Assembly (NCBI GenBank): GCA_964512105.1
Contig: CAZEGI010000001.1
Span: 40,534 to 104,533, forward strand
Direction: 5' to 3'
Length of the DNA stretch: 64,000 bases
Source: an uncultured archaeon
GTDB taxonomy: Archaea > Altiarchaeota > Altiarchaeia > IMC4 > CAZEGI01
Shown: one piece after another, positions 27,296 to 36,849 of the stretch
Position numbering within the stretch: position 1 is the stretch's first letter
Layout: every line of letters starts with the position of its first letter
Position numbers and translations under genes: made by a program
The notes under the pieces: generated by a model
The model's database searches: none
What the model saw: the letters and a program-made list of their open reading frames with translations, nothing else
Told to the model about the DNA's origin: nothing

Positions 27296-28106
27296 CAGCA
27301 TTTATAAAATCGCCCGTGGGGATTGTTAGCTTATTAAGTCGTTCCCTCAAATCAGGGGCAAGGATGTCACGGACTATTATTGAACCTGCGTAGATGTGAT
27401 CATCGTCACCGATGATAAGAACCTTTTTGTCATCAATGATTATGGCATTTTCACTTCCGTATTTCAGATAAAATCCGGGAATGTCGCAGCTGAATGTTTT
27501 ATTGGTGCTTACCATGGTAAGGCCGCTTTCGTTTAGTATTGTGAGTATGGAGCAATTTTCGCCATTCATGATGTAACTGTGTATCGGTGCGTTCGTCTGG
27601 GCATTTATCGCACCAAGCGCATAGTAAATGGCGAGCATGCCCTCTAAACCCCTGCCCGTCAATTCCTCGTCCATGACAAGATTTATCGGGTTAAGGTTTA
27701 GTGCTATATCCCTCGCGCGCTCCATTTTCACTGAGCAGTTTAAATCCGTCATAATACAGGAAAAAACATGGCACGTTTTTAAAAGTTCCGCGTCTGTTGA
27801 GCCCTTTATGGACGCCTCGTTCTTGGTTATGTATATTCCGGTATCGCCTGACTCGATTCGTATTTTTTTACCTTCCTCGCTTATTCTGGCAAGGGACGCC
27901 AACTCCAAGCCGCAGTAAAGTTCCGCCTTTCCTGCTGGCTGGAAGAGGTATATGTCCCACCACTTCTGCAGCTCCGTTAGAGGAACATCGGAACAAACCT
28001 TTGTGTCAAGCGTTAGTGAACAGTTCGAATTTGGTTGGTAGGTAAGGTAAGCAAATCCAAAGACGATTGCAATAACAGCCACAACAACAAAAATCCGTTT
28101 GTCCAT
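27279..28106 (-). CDS. Hypothetical membrane-anchored or secreted Cys-rich protein
   Basis: Probable start MDKRIFVVVAVIAIVFGFAYL (N-terminal TM/signal anchor), with several Cys. No family recognised. Confidence 0.4.
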   Translation of the reverse strand: MDKRIFVVVAVIAIVFGFAYLTYQPNSNCSLTLDTKVCSDVPLTELQKWWDIYLFQPAGKAELYCGLELASLARISEEGKKIRIESGDTGIYITKNEASIKGSTDAELLKTCHVFSCIMTDLNCSVKMERARDIALNLNPINLVMDEELTGRGLEGMLAIYYALGAINAQTNAPIHSYIMNGENCSILTILNESGLTMVSTNKTFSCDIPGFYLKYGSENAIIIDDKKVLIIGDDDHIYAGSIIVRDILAPDLRERLNKLTIPTGDFINAATPQE

Positions 28107-28126
28107 CTTAATTATCTTCCCTAAGA

Positions 28127-28220
28127 TAATAGCAAATTGCAAATATTGAAATTTAATTGCAATTTGCTAGCTATCAAAACGCATGTAAAAAGTTCATAAA
28201 TTAATGTGTTTTGCTATAAT
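28127..28220. repeat. 95-bp palindromic intergenic element, copy B, the inverted partner of 17528-17621
   Basis: See copy A. It sits in the divergent promoter space between 28106(-) and 28226(+) and ends ...TTTTGCTATAATataacATG. Confidence 0.85.
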
Positions 28221-28225
28221 ATAAC

Positions 28226-28795
28226 ATGCGATTTGAAAAACAAAAAAATAACGCAATGAAGCGGCTGAACGCGGCGCTGAGGGAAAAAGAGGTCGATAAG
28301 GAGTTAATTCCGATGATAGAGTATGTGAATTCGCTTAATGACTATTATACAACATCGGGCTGCGCCGGAAGAATTTCACTGCTGCATGATTTGGGTTCAA
28401 AACTTGATAGCGAGATGATAGTGAAATGGCACAGGAAGGTGGAAAACGATGAAATTTTAAGATTAATAAAGCCGGTCAATGGAATCGTCTGGTTTATGTA
28501 CGAACCTATGATAGTGCACATCGTCTCAAGAACCGCCGCCGGGGCAAAAAAAGTCCTCGAGATCGGGCTTTCGTCGGGTTTTAAACGCACGGGAATTAGG
28601 GCATTTAAAGAGGAAAGGTACATGGTCGAGATTTGCTCTACGGAGAGGATAGATGTTCCGGTTGTTGAAAACAAGAAAAGACTCGTTGATGACGATTACG
28701 TAAGATATCTGGTCGGTTTGGCTAACAAAAAATTCGTGCAGGGGCAGAAAAAGTTGGTTAGGCTGGAGAGCAATATTAAAAAGGGCTTACCATAA
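28226..28795 (+). CDS. taw3: tRNA wybutosine/wyosine-synthesizing protein 3 (Taw3/TYW3 family)
   Basis: IPMIEYVNSLNDYYTTSGCAGRISLL matches the TYW3 hallmark (..YFTTSSCSGRI..). Confidence 0.75.
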   Translation: MRFEKQKNNAMKRLNAALREKEVDKELIPMIEYVNSLNDYYTTSGCAGRISLLHDLGSKLDSEMIVKWHRKVENDEILRLIKPVNGIVWFMYEPMIVHIVSRTAAGAKKVLEIGLSSGFKRTGIRAFKEERYMVEICSTERIDVPVVENKKRLVDDDYVRYLVGLANKKFVQGQKKLVRLESNIKKGLP

Positions 28796-28804
28796 TAATG
28801 TGAG

Positions 28805-30217
28805 ATGAACGTAAAGCAGACACGTCCCGGGGTCTGGGAATTTAAGGATGAAGGAATGAACGTTCCCGTGAGGATTTATGCGACCGAAAAACTCTTTGGA
28901 ACGATAGAGGAGGGTGTCTTTAGACAGGCTTCGAACGTTGCAAAACTTCCAGGGATATTGAATGCGAGCATGGTCATGCCAGACGGCCATTACGGTTACG
29001 GTTTTCCTATCGGCGGGGTTGCTGCGTTCGATTTGGAAAAGGGAATCATAAGCCCAGGCGGTGTGGGTTATGACATAAATTGCGGCGTGCGTCTTTTGGT
29101 TTCAAACCTTACTGAAGCGGAGGTAAGACCGAAACTCAGGGAATTGGTGGATGGATTGTTCCACAACATACCTTCGGGTTTAGGCAGCAAATCTAAACTT
29201 CGAGCGTCGGGCGCACAGCTCGAGAGGGCATGCACACTCGGCTCACGGTGGGCTGTTGAAGAAGGTTATGGGGTTGAGGATGACTTAGAACATACAGAGG
29301 AGAATGGTGCAATTCCGGGTGCAGACCCGTCAAAAATCAGCGGCAGGGCAAAAGAACGCGGCCAGCCACAGCTTGGAACGCTTGGTTCTGGAAACCATTT
29401 TCTGGAGGTTCAAAGAGTTGACAGGATTATTGACCCTGAAATCGCAGGGAAATTTGGTATAACGGATGTCGGCCAGATTGCGGTTATGGTGCACTGCGGT
29501 AGCCGGGGCCTGGGTTACCAGATTGCTGACGAAGCTATCCAGACGATGCTCAACGCTTCGCGAAAGTACGGTATAAAACTTCCGGACAATGAACTTGCAT
29601 GTGCCCCGCTGAAGTCGAAGGAAGCGGATGACTACGTTAAAGCGATGTACTGTGCCGTGAATTATGCATTCGCGAACAGACAGGTGATAACGCACTGGGT
29701 AAGAGAAACATTCGAACGTGTTTTTGGTGAAAAAATAGGGTTAAAACTTCTTTATGATGTTTGTCATAATATAGCGAAATTTGAAGAACACGAAGGTTTT
29801 GGAAGGGTGTGTGTCCATAGAAAGGGGGCGACAAGAGCATTTGCTGCAGGCAGGAAGGAGATTCCAGCAGAACTCAGGAACATTGGGCAACCAGTAATCG
29901 TGCCGGGCGACATGGGAACAGCTTCCTACGTGCTTGTCGGAACAGAAACCGCGATGAAGGAATCGTGGGGGAGCGTGTGCCACGGTGCAGGCCGGCTTCT
30001 CTCAAGGACCGCGGCAATAAAGAAAGTCCGCGGCGAGCAGGTTAAGCAGGAACTCGAAAAAAAAGGCCAGGTGGTGCGCTCCGATTCATGGAAAACCCTA
30101 GCTGAGGAAGCACCAATGGCGTACAAGAACGTGGATGATGTCATAAGAAGCGTAGAGTTGGCAGGTTTGTCAAAGCCTGTAGCGAGGATGACACCGTTAG
30201 GGGTTGCGAAGGGTTGA
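28805..30217 (+). CDS. rtcB: RNA-splicing ligase RtcB
   Basis: MPDGHYGYGFPIGGV, GYDINCG, GSGNHFLEVQ, HCGSRGLGYQ and SVCHGAGR are the RtcB metal/GMP-binding motifs. Confidence 0.9.
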   Translation: MNVKQTRPGVWEFKDEGMNVPVRIYATEKLFGTIEEGVFRQASNVAKLPGILNASMVMPDGHYGYGFPIGGVAAFDLEKGIISPGGVGYDINCGVRLLVSNLTEAEVRPKLRELVDGLFHNIPSGLGSKSKLRASGAQLERACTLGSRWAVEEGYGVEDDLEHTEENGAIPGADPSKISGRAKERGQPQLGTLGSGNHFLEVQRVDRIIDPEIAGKFGITDVGQIAVMVHCGSRGLGYQIADEAIQTMLNASRKYGIKLPDNELACAPLKSKEADDYVKAMYCAVNYAFANRQVITHWVRETFERVFGEKIGLKLLYDVCHNIAKFEEHEGFGRVCVHRKGATRAFAAGRKEIPAELRNIGQPVIVPGDMGTASYVLVGTETAMKESWGSVCHGAGRLLSRTAAIKKVRGEQVKQELEKKGQVVRSDSWKTLAEEAPMAYKNVDDVIRSVELAGLSKPVARMTPLGVAKG

Positions 30218-30280
30218 GTTAGTAGCAAGTAATCTGGACTTGTTTAAGTTTATTTATGCATCATATGCTGAATTATTATC

Positions 30281-30766
30281 ATGCGGACGAAAGCAAGGGA
30301 TTACGGGGCTACCCTGAGGGCATTCGGTAGGGCGAAAGCCTTCGGTGAAGAGTTGAGGGATTTTGCAGGCTCTGTTGATCCGGTATACGCTACCCTTGCA
30401 GATGAGTATGAAAGGTTTGTAGCACCTACTTTGCTCAGGAGAGATAGTCCAGTAGTAGGTAAACATAACCTTATTGATCTGATTCGCAAACCTCCGGATA
30501 ATATTAATGCCCTTGGCTTGGATGAAACGGATGTGAGGATAGTGGGGTTTTCTAGAAGGCTTAATAACCCCGACCTCCGTGATGCTTTGGCGAATAACGC
30601 AACCTATTTGATTGCACTAAAACCAGATTCGAATGAATACGAAGAGTTGGTACAGAAGTTCGGGGTAAGTGCATGCAAACGATTCGGAGAAATTCCTACT
30701 CCAAAAGATATAGGTGGTGAAAAGAGGATAGACGAACATGGTAGGACACCTCACAGTCTGGATTAG
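30281..30766 (+). CDS. Hypothetical protein, locally GC-rich
   Basis: 161-aa ORF with a TATA-like TTTATTTATG about 35 nt upstream. I recognise no motif. GC is noticeably higher than in the flanks. Confidence 0.4.
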   Translation: MRTKARDYGATLRAFGRAKAFGEELRDFAGSVDPVYATLADEYERFVAPTLLRRDSPVVGKHNLIDLIRKPPDNINALGLDETDVRIVGFSRRLNNPDLRDALANNATYLIALKPDSNEYEELVQKFGVSACKRFGEIPTPKDIGGEKRIDEHGRTPHSLD

Positions 30767-30774
30767 ATAACAAA

Positions 30775-31569
30775 ATGCCAACAGTCGAATTTGACATTGA
30801 CGAATTGAACGAAGGAATCGGGAAAAAACTCTCCGAGAAGGAACTCCGGGAGATTGTTCCGATGATTGGTGTTGGTCTCGAGAGTATTGCTGACGGAAAA
30901 CTTATTATCGAGGTTTTCCCGAATCGGCCGGACATGCTCAGCATCGAGGGTTTCACGCATGCGTTTAGAGGTTTTCTCGGAATTGAAACCGGAATGAAGG
31001 AACTTACGGTGAGAAACTCGGACGTAAAACTCTTTGTGGATAGCTCCGTGAAAAACGTAAGGCCATTTGTTGTTGCGGGAATGATAAAAAATGTGGAGAT
31101 AGACAACAAAAAGCTGATATCCATAATGAACGTGCAGGAGAAGTTGCACCTTACGCACGGGCAGAACAGAAAGAAGGTCGCGATTGGCGTTCACGACATG
31201 GATAAGGTTAATGCACCGTTTTTCTACAAGGCAGTCAAGCCTGAGGCGGTTTCTTTTGTTCCTTTGGATATGAGTAAGGAGTTAAACCTGAAACAGATTC
31301 TGCAACAGCACCCGAAAGGCAGGGATTACGCTTACACGCTTGAGGGTTTTGAAAAGTATCCGGTAATTGTTGATGGCAAAAACAACGTCTTGTCCTTCCC
31401 GCCGATAATAAACGGAGAGCTTACAAGGGTTACTGAAGAAACACGGAATTTGTTTATGGAACTGACCGGCACGAATCAGCACGCTCTCGAAATTGCGCTG
31501 AATATCGTTGTTAGCTCGATAGCCGACTCTAAGGTGGATGTTTACTCCGTCGAAATAATAAAAAAATAG
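30775..31569 (+). CDS. pheT: Phenylalanyl-tRNA synthetase beta subunit, N-terminal fragment only (B1 + B3/B4 editing region); truncated or split gene
   Basis: MPTVEFDIDELNEGIGKKLSEKELREIVPMIGV...VFPNRPDMLSIEGFTHAFRGFLG matches the archaeal PheT N-terminus. The ORF stops after 264 aa, about half of PheT, and a minus-strand gene follows directly. Confidence 0.65.
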   Translation: MPTVEFDIDELNEGIGKKLSEKELREIVPMIGVGLESIADGKLIIEVFPNRPDMLSIEGFTHAFRGFLGIETGMKELTVRNSDVKLFVDSSVKNVRPFVVAGMIKNVEIDNKKLISIMNVQEKLHLTHGQNRKKVAIGVHDMDKVNAPFFYKAVKPEAVSFVPLDMSKELNLKQILQQHPKGRDYAYTLEGFEKYPVIVDGKNNVLSFPPIINGELTRVTEETRNLFMELTGTNQHALEIALNIVVSSIADSKVDVYSVEIIKK

Positions 31570-31573
31570 GGAA

Positions 31574-31963
31574 TTAAGCGTATCTCTCAGCTATGTTCCC
31601 TATCATCGGCAGCTTGTACTTAATCCCGCGGTATGCCTGGAATATCAGGAGTAACCAAACCAAAATCGTTCCGAGTATCAGAAGGGACCACATCAGCACG
31701 AACAGAAATCCACCACCAAGCAGCAGCGTCACTATAAGCACCGGTGATATGAGAAGTGCAATAAACCAGATAGCAATCACAACGAGGCTTGCGATGATTG
31801 ACTGCATGGCGTGAAACCGCACAAATTTATCGTCCCTCTCGGACAGGTAGACCGACAAACCGCTAAATAAACCGAAGATGTACGTCACCGCAGCTACCAT
31901 GTTGTTTTGTTTTTTTGTGGTCGTTTGGGATTTTTTTGCCGTTGTTTGGGCTTTCCTTGCCAT
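31574..31963 (-). CDS. DUF4870-family small membrane protein
   Basis: MVAAVTYIFGLFSGLSVYLSERDDKFVRFHAMQSIIASLVVIAIWF...AYRGIKYKLPMIGNIAE matches the DUF4870 pattern (D.FVRFHA.QS..., Y.LP.IG). Confidence 0.65.
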   Translation of the reverse strand: MARKAQTTAKKSQTTTKKQNNMVAAVTYIFGLFSGLSVYLSERDDKFVRFHAMQSIIASLVVIAIWFIALLISPVLIVTLLLGGGFLFVLMWSLLILGTILVWLLLIFQAYRGIKYKLPMIGNIAERYA

Positions 31964-32118
31964 TGTATCACCCCCTTATTCATTGTTCGTAGGAGTATAA
32001 AAATCGTATATAAAAACCGCTGGCTAAAGACAAGGTTTTTATAGATAAAACTGTCCCTTTTAATGGACTGTTGGGGTAGTTTTATAGATATAAAAAACGA
32101 AACCCATAATATAGCAGA

Positions 32119-34911
32119 ATGAAAATTAGCAAGATTTACACGCTGTCCTTTGCCATTTCTGCCAACACTGAAAAATCCCTGCTCCAAACCCTCAGCAAGA
32201 AAAAGAACGCCAAGATTGTAAAGGGTTACATGCCTCTGGGCAAGTTCAAAATTTCACGAGCCGAAGAGATAAAAAAAGGCACGATAATCAAGAAGATTTC
32301 ATACGACACGAGAACGAACCACTTTTTTGTTGACCTTGCGCACGGCGACCTCTACTACATGAACAGGATGGGCGCCTTCAAAAAGAATCCGGAAGTGGTC
32401 AAGTCGGATTTCCTGAGGAAGATTATTGACTTCCCGCCTGAGGCAATTTCGCTTCTGGGGCAGCTTCACGAGTTTGGAAGCATTCCATACGACGAGCTAA
32501 ACCAGACGCTTGTGTATGACCTTGCACGCGAGGGATTCATAGACATCTGGGAACCGGAAGCAGACCAGATATTCAACCTCATACGCTCGACCATAGAGCC
32601 GGATGAAGTTATAATGCACAAGCACTTTGTGAAACTCCGCGATTACCTTCCGAACTTCAGCAATTCACGGTATAACCTTGATGTTTTTTTGCACGTAAGT
32701 GAGACCGTTGATGATACCTATACAAAAGATACCATCAGGTATTCGAACGAGAGGGTTTGCGAATTGCTGGAGGGCATATTCGGCGGACACTGCGTCCTAA
32801 CTGGTTTGGTTTATCTGCCATACATAACGTGCATACACATAGAGAAGGACAGGCACGTCTCCGAGGTGTTCTTCCCCCTGTGCGCAAGAGACGCATCGGA
32901 CGTGAAAACCGGTTTTAAGGATGAGGTAAAGCTAAAACCGATAACCTTCATGACCCGGATGGATGCAGCCGGCTCCGTTCCGCTTGAGTCATCGACAATA
33001 AGCTTTTCCGATGTTGCGGATTTGGAGGATGTAAAGGAAAAAATCAGGCGTCTGATAGTTTATCCTCTGGTGAAACCGGAAGTTGCAAAGAAGTTTAAGA
33101 AGGTTGGAGGCGGCAGCGTTCTTTTTTACGGGCCTCCGGGTTGCGGTAAAACGTACATTGCAAGGGCAACGGTCGGCGAGTGCGGACTTTCTTTCTTCAA
33201 CATAAATACAAGCGACATTATTGCCGAGGGTTCCGAGGTGGCAACGAAGAATCTGCACGATGTGTTCATGCGTGCTTCCAAAAACGCACCTACGATTTTA
33301 TTCTTTGATGAGATTGACGCAATCGGCGGGGCCAGAAGCGATAAGGGCTCGCAGAGGGTCGTGGTTAACCAGTTTCTGATGGAGATGGACGGCATTGAAA
33401 CGCTGAGCGAGAACGTGCTGGTTATAGGCTCGACGAACGCGCCGTGGTACCTGGACCCTGCGCTGAGAAGGGCAGGTAGGTTTAATGATTTGATATTCAT
33501 TCCGCCACCCGACCTGAAAACACGGGTGGAGATATTCAAGATACACACGAGGAAAAAACCCATTTCCGAGGATATTGACTTTGAAAAACTTGCGGAGTTG
33601 ACTGAGGGCTATGCCTCATCGGACATAAAGGCGATATGCGATGACGCCATTGAAATACCTTGGGAGGAAGCGCTGCATGGAATTCCGGAAAGAAAGGCCA
33701 ACATGCAGGATTTTAGGTCAGTCATAAAAAAGAGGAAATCCTCACTTACGCCATGGTACAAGTTGGCCGAGCGGGAGATAAAGAAGAGTGGCGAGTCTGA
33801 ATTGTTTAGTGAACTTGCGACGCACATCTTGAAGCATGCGGGCGGTGTAGATGCCGCAGTCAAGCCGGGGGTGACGTTTGCTGACGTCGGTAATATGGAG
33901 GACGTCAAGGAGGAGATAAGGAAGAAGGTTGTTTATCCGATAAAAGACCCAAAACTGGCCGAGAGTTATGGTACAAAGGTTGGCGGCGGAATACTGTTTT
34001 ACGGGCCTCCGGGTTGCGGTAAAACATACATTGCAAGAGCGGCCGCAGGTGAATGCGAGGCAGCGTTCTTCAACATCCGGATTACGGACATATTGGGCGA
34101 GGAAGAAGGTTTGCGAGAAAAGAAGCTAAATTACGTTTTTGACAGGGCATCGAGAAACACGCCAGCGATACTTTTTTTCGATGAGCTTGACGCTATCGGT
34201 GGCAGAAGAGAAACCACAAGGGGTGACGCACGCACGCTTATAAACCAGTTCCTCACGGAAATGGATGGTTTTGAGAAGAAAGAGGGCGTTGTGGTTGTGG
34301 GTTCAACCAACGCACCGTGGGATATCGACCCCGCACTGCGGAGAGCGGGTAGGTTTACGGAGCAGGTTTATGTTCCGCCGCCGAACAAGGAAATGCGAAT
34401 TGAGATATTCAAGATACACGTGAAGAATAAACCCGTGGCAAAGAACATAAACTTCGGAAAGCTTGCGGAACTCACGGAAGGTTATTCGTCAGCAGACATA
34501 AAGGCGATATGCGACCTTGCTGCAGAGATACCGTGGGTTGAGGCGCTGGATGGTAAGGAAAAAAGAGAGATCAACATGCAGGACTTCCTGTCAGTGATAA
34601 AAAAGAGGAACTCTTCCATAATCCCGTGGTTCAAACTCGCAAAGAAACAGCTGAAGGAAAGCGGCGAGCGCGACATCTACGAGGAGTTATGGTTGGATAT
34701 AAAAACGCTCAGCAAAAAATTTGAGGAGAAAGAAAAGGCGGAGGATAAAAAGAAAAGCAAGGACAAGCTCAAGACCGAAAGGGAAAAGCTTGAAAAAATG
34801 ATAAAAACTGCAAAACAGAAGTTTGGCAGGGGCGAAATTGACAAAAGCGTTTACAACGAAATCATGAAGGACTACGAAAAACGGCTGATTGAGATTGAGT
34901 GTTCCGAGTGA
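32119..34911 (+). CDS. Tandem-AAA+ ATPase (CDC48/VCP-like D1+D2) with a novel ~300-aa N-terminal domain and a C-terminal coiled-coil
   Basis: Two AAA modules have Walker A LFYGPPGCGKTYIARA (twice) and Walker B ILFFDEIDAIGG / ILFFDELDAIGG, plus second-region-of-homology arginines. The N-terminal 300 aa show no CDC48-N-like motif. Confidence 0.7.
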   Translation: MKISKIYTLSFAISANTEKSLLQTLSKKKNAKIVKGYMPLGKFKISRAEEIKKGTIIKKISYDTRTNHFFVDLAHGDLYYMNRMGAFKKNPEVVKSDFLRKIIDFPPEAISLLGQLHEFGSIPYDELNQTLVYDLAREGFIDIWEPEADQIFNLIRSTIEPDEVIMHKHFVKLRDYLPNFSNSRYNLDVFLHVSETVDDTYTKDTIRYSNERVCELLEGIFGGHCVLTGLVYLPYITCIHIEKDRHVSEVFFPLCARDASDVKTGFKDEVKLKPITFMTRMDAAGSVPLESSTISFSDVADLEDVKEKIRRLIVYPLVKPEVAKKFKKVGGGSVLFYGPPGCGKTYIARATVGECGLSFFNINTSDIIAEGSEVATKNLHDVFMRASKNAPTILFFDEIDAIGGARSDKGSQRVVVNQFLMEMDGIETLSENVLVIGSTNAPWYLDPALRRAGRFNDLIFIPPPDLKTRVEIFKIHTRKKPISEDIDFEKLAELTEGYASSDIKAICDDAIEIPWEEALHGIPERKANMQDFRSVIKKRKSSLTPWYKLAEREIKKSGESELFSELATHILKHAGGVDAAVKPGVTFADVGNMEDVKEEIRKKVVYPIKDPKLAESYGTKVGGGILFYGPPGCGKTYIARAAAGECEAAFFNIRITDILGEEEGLREKKLNYVFDRASRNTPAILFFDELDAIGGRRETTRGDARTLINQFLTEMDGFEKKEGVVVVGSTNAPWDIDPALRRAGRFTEQVYVPPPNKEMRIEIFKIHVKNKPVAKNINFGKLAELTEGYSSADIKAICDLAAEIPWVEALDGKEKREINMQDFLSVIKKRNSSIIPWFKLAKKQLKESGERDIYEELWLDIKTLSKKFEEKEKAEDKKKSKDKLKTEREKLEKMIKTAKQKFGRGEIDKSVYNEIMKDYEKRLIEIECSE

Positions 34912-35922
34912 TTAGGGATGCCCTGCCACGAGTTTTAAACCCGTTGTTTCTTTGTATCCCAGCATGAGGTTCATGTTCTGGATTGCGTTCCCTGCCGCGC
35001 CTTTTATGAGGTTGTCGATTGCCGATATGACGAGCACGCGTGAATTTTCCGCATCCAGATGAACCGATATGTCGCAGTAATTCGTGTTCAGAACGTCCTT
35101 GACGTATGAAACGTCCATTATCCTCACGAATGGTTCATTTTTGTAAAATGTTTTATAATGATTTTCAAAGTTGATGTTTATAGTAGTTGAGAAAACGTGC
35201 ACGTTCGTCAGAATTCCGCGGATTATGGGGACGAGTGTTGGGGTAAATGATATTTTTATTTTTTTGAAAAAGTTCAGCAGTACTGATTCGATTTCCGGCT
35301 GGTGCCTGTGATCGACCATCTTGTACGGTTTCAGGTTATCGTGTACTTCCGGGTGGTGTATGAAATCTGAAAGTTTTGCGCCAGCCCCGGAGGTTCCGGA
35401 TTTTGCGTCAACGACGATTTTTTCAACATCAAGTTTGTTCTGGAATTTTGCGAGCGGCGCTATCGCCAGAATCGCACCGAGCGCATAGCATCCCGGGTTT
35501 GCAACCAGTTTCGCGTTCTTTATTTTATTCCTGAAAAGTTCCGGAACGCCGTAAACCGCCTGCTTCAGAAGCTCCGGGTTCTTGTGTTTCCCGTAGATTT
35601 TTTCGTAATCGCGTTTATCCTTGAATCTGTAATCCGCAGAGAGGTCGATAACCCTGATTCCCTTGCCCAGTATTCTGGGTGCGTACTCCATGGACTCCGT
35701 ATGTGGGGTTGCTAGGAAAACAACATCCGAGTCCAGCCTGCTTAAACTGAACTCGTGGAATTTTTCGTTGTATATCCCATGCAGATTTCTGTGCAAATCC
35801 GAGACTTTTTTTCCTGCATAAGTTCGTGACGTTGCGGTTATGCCGTCAATTTCGGGGTGATTCACCAGTAATCTCAGTAACTCGCTTCCCGTGTATCCGG
35901 ATGCTCCGACTATTGTGACTTT
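34912..35922 (-). CDS. argC: N-acetyl-gamma-glutamyl-phosphate reductase (ArgC/LysY)
   Basis: MKVTIVGASGYTGSELLRLL, VANPGCYALGAILAIAPL (catalytic Cys) and the semialdehyde-dehydrogenase C-domain match. The start is chosen at MKVTIVG, which overlaps the stop of the downstream gene. Confidence 0.85.
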   Translation of the reverse strand, partial: KVTIVGASGYTGSELLRLLVNHPEIDGITATSRTYAGKKVSDLHRNLHGIYNEKFHEFSLSRLDSDVVFLATPHTESMEYAPRILGKGIRVIDLSADYRFKDKRDYEKIYGKHKNPELLKQAVYGVPELFRNKIKNAKLVANPGCYALGAILAIAPLAKFQNKLDVEKIVVDAKSGTSGAGAKLSDFIHHPEVHDNLKPYKMVDHRHQPEIESVLLNFFKKIKISFTPTLVPIIRGILTNVHVFSTTININFENHYKTFYKNEPFVRIMDVSYVKDVLNTNYCDISVHLDAENSRVLVISAIDNLIKGAAGNAIQNMNLMLGYKETTGLKLVAGHP

Positions 35923-36809
35923 CATTGTATTTTGTGGCAACGCTCCAAAACGTTTGCCCACGTCGGCAAATTCGACTGGCAACCCCACTTTTCTATGACA
36001 AACGAGGCAGCAGCATTACCTATTTTTGCTGCTTCAACGAAATCGTGACCCTTGACGTAACCCGCAATGAACCCTGCATTGAAGGCGTCTCCTGCACCCG
36101 ATGTATCAACGACCTTTGTCCGGTAGGATGATATGGAGATGTTGGTGTTCCGCGTGTAAAGCAGGCAGCCGTCCTTCCCTTTCGTGACGATAAACACCTC
36201 CGGGCCTTGTTTGAAGTCCATCCTGAATCCCAATTCATGCAGATGGTCAAGTTCGTGGGTGTTCAGGATAAAGACCTTTGTTTTTTTCAGAACGCGGTAG
36301 AATTGCGGCGGGATTTTTTCGAACTTAAAGACACCGTAACCGGGATTGTAAACCACGAATTTGTTCTTACACAGCTTTGCAACCTTTTCCTGAAGTTTGA
36401 GATAGGTCCGTGCAAGGTAAATGCACGCGGAATTGTTTATGAACTTTCTATCCGGTTCCAAATTCTCCAGTCCTTCAGTAACGCCCTTGTAGAAGAAACT
36501 CACCTGATTTCCGTCGCTCTTGAAGAACATGGATTTCATTGTGTCGCCAAGGACAACGTTGAAATACTGCCCCACACCGAGATTCTGCATGTACTTTACG
36601 TAATCCTCGACGTCCGAACCGATAACGCTAACCAGTCCGGTTTTCAAACCGAGAACAGAGGCGACGACCGCGGTATTCGCACCCATCCCGCCGTAAAATC
36701 TGTGCGCTTTTAAAACTTCACTGGCCTCGTTTATTTTCGGGAACCTGTCAACCTCATAGAAGTAGTCCATTGCCGTATCCCCGAATACCAAGAGGTCGAG
36801 TTTCTCCAT
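35922..36809 (-). CDS. PfkB-family carbohydrate/nucleoside kinase (ribokinase-like)
   Basis: VVDTSGAGDAFNAGFIAG is the PfkB signature 2, with the N-terminal GG/ATP-lid region. Confidence 0.75.
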   Translation of the reverse strand: MEKLDLLVFGDTAMDYFYEVDRFPKINEASEVLKAHRFYGGMGANTAVVASVLGLKTGLVSVIGSDVEDYVKYMQNLGVGQYFNVVLGDTMKSMFFKSDGNQVSFFYKGVTEGLENLEPDRKFINNSACIYLARTYLKLQEKVAKLCKNKFVVYNPGYGVFKFEKIPPQFYRVLKKTKVFILNTHELDHLHELGFRMDFKQGPEVFIVTKGKDGCLLYTRNTNISISSYRTKVVDTSGAGDAFNAGFIAGYVKGHDFVEAAKIGNAAASFVIEKWGCQSNLPTWANVLERCHKIQ

Positions 36810-36849
36810 TTTACGGTTATTTATTAGAAGTAATCATTAAGAATATAAG

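Noticed and set aside
30230-30780. Possible structured RNA (RNase P or SRP RNA) in the GC-richer stretch between rtcB and pheT
   Set aside because: No conserved RNase P (GGAAAGTCC-type) or SRP helix motifs are visible. The region holds a clean 161-aa ORF with a TATA-like box upstream, so it is treated as a protein-coding orphan.
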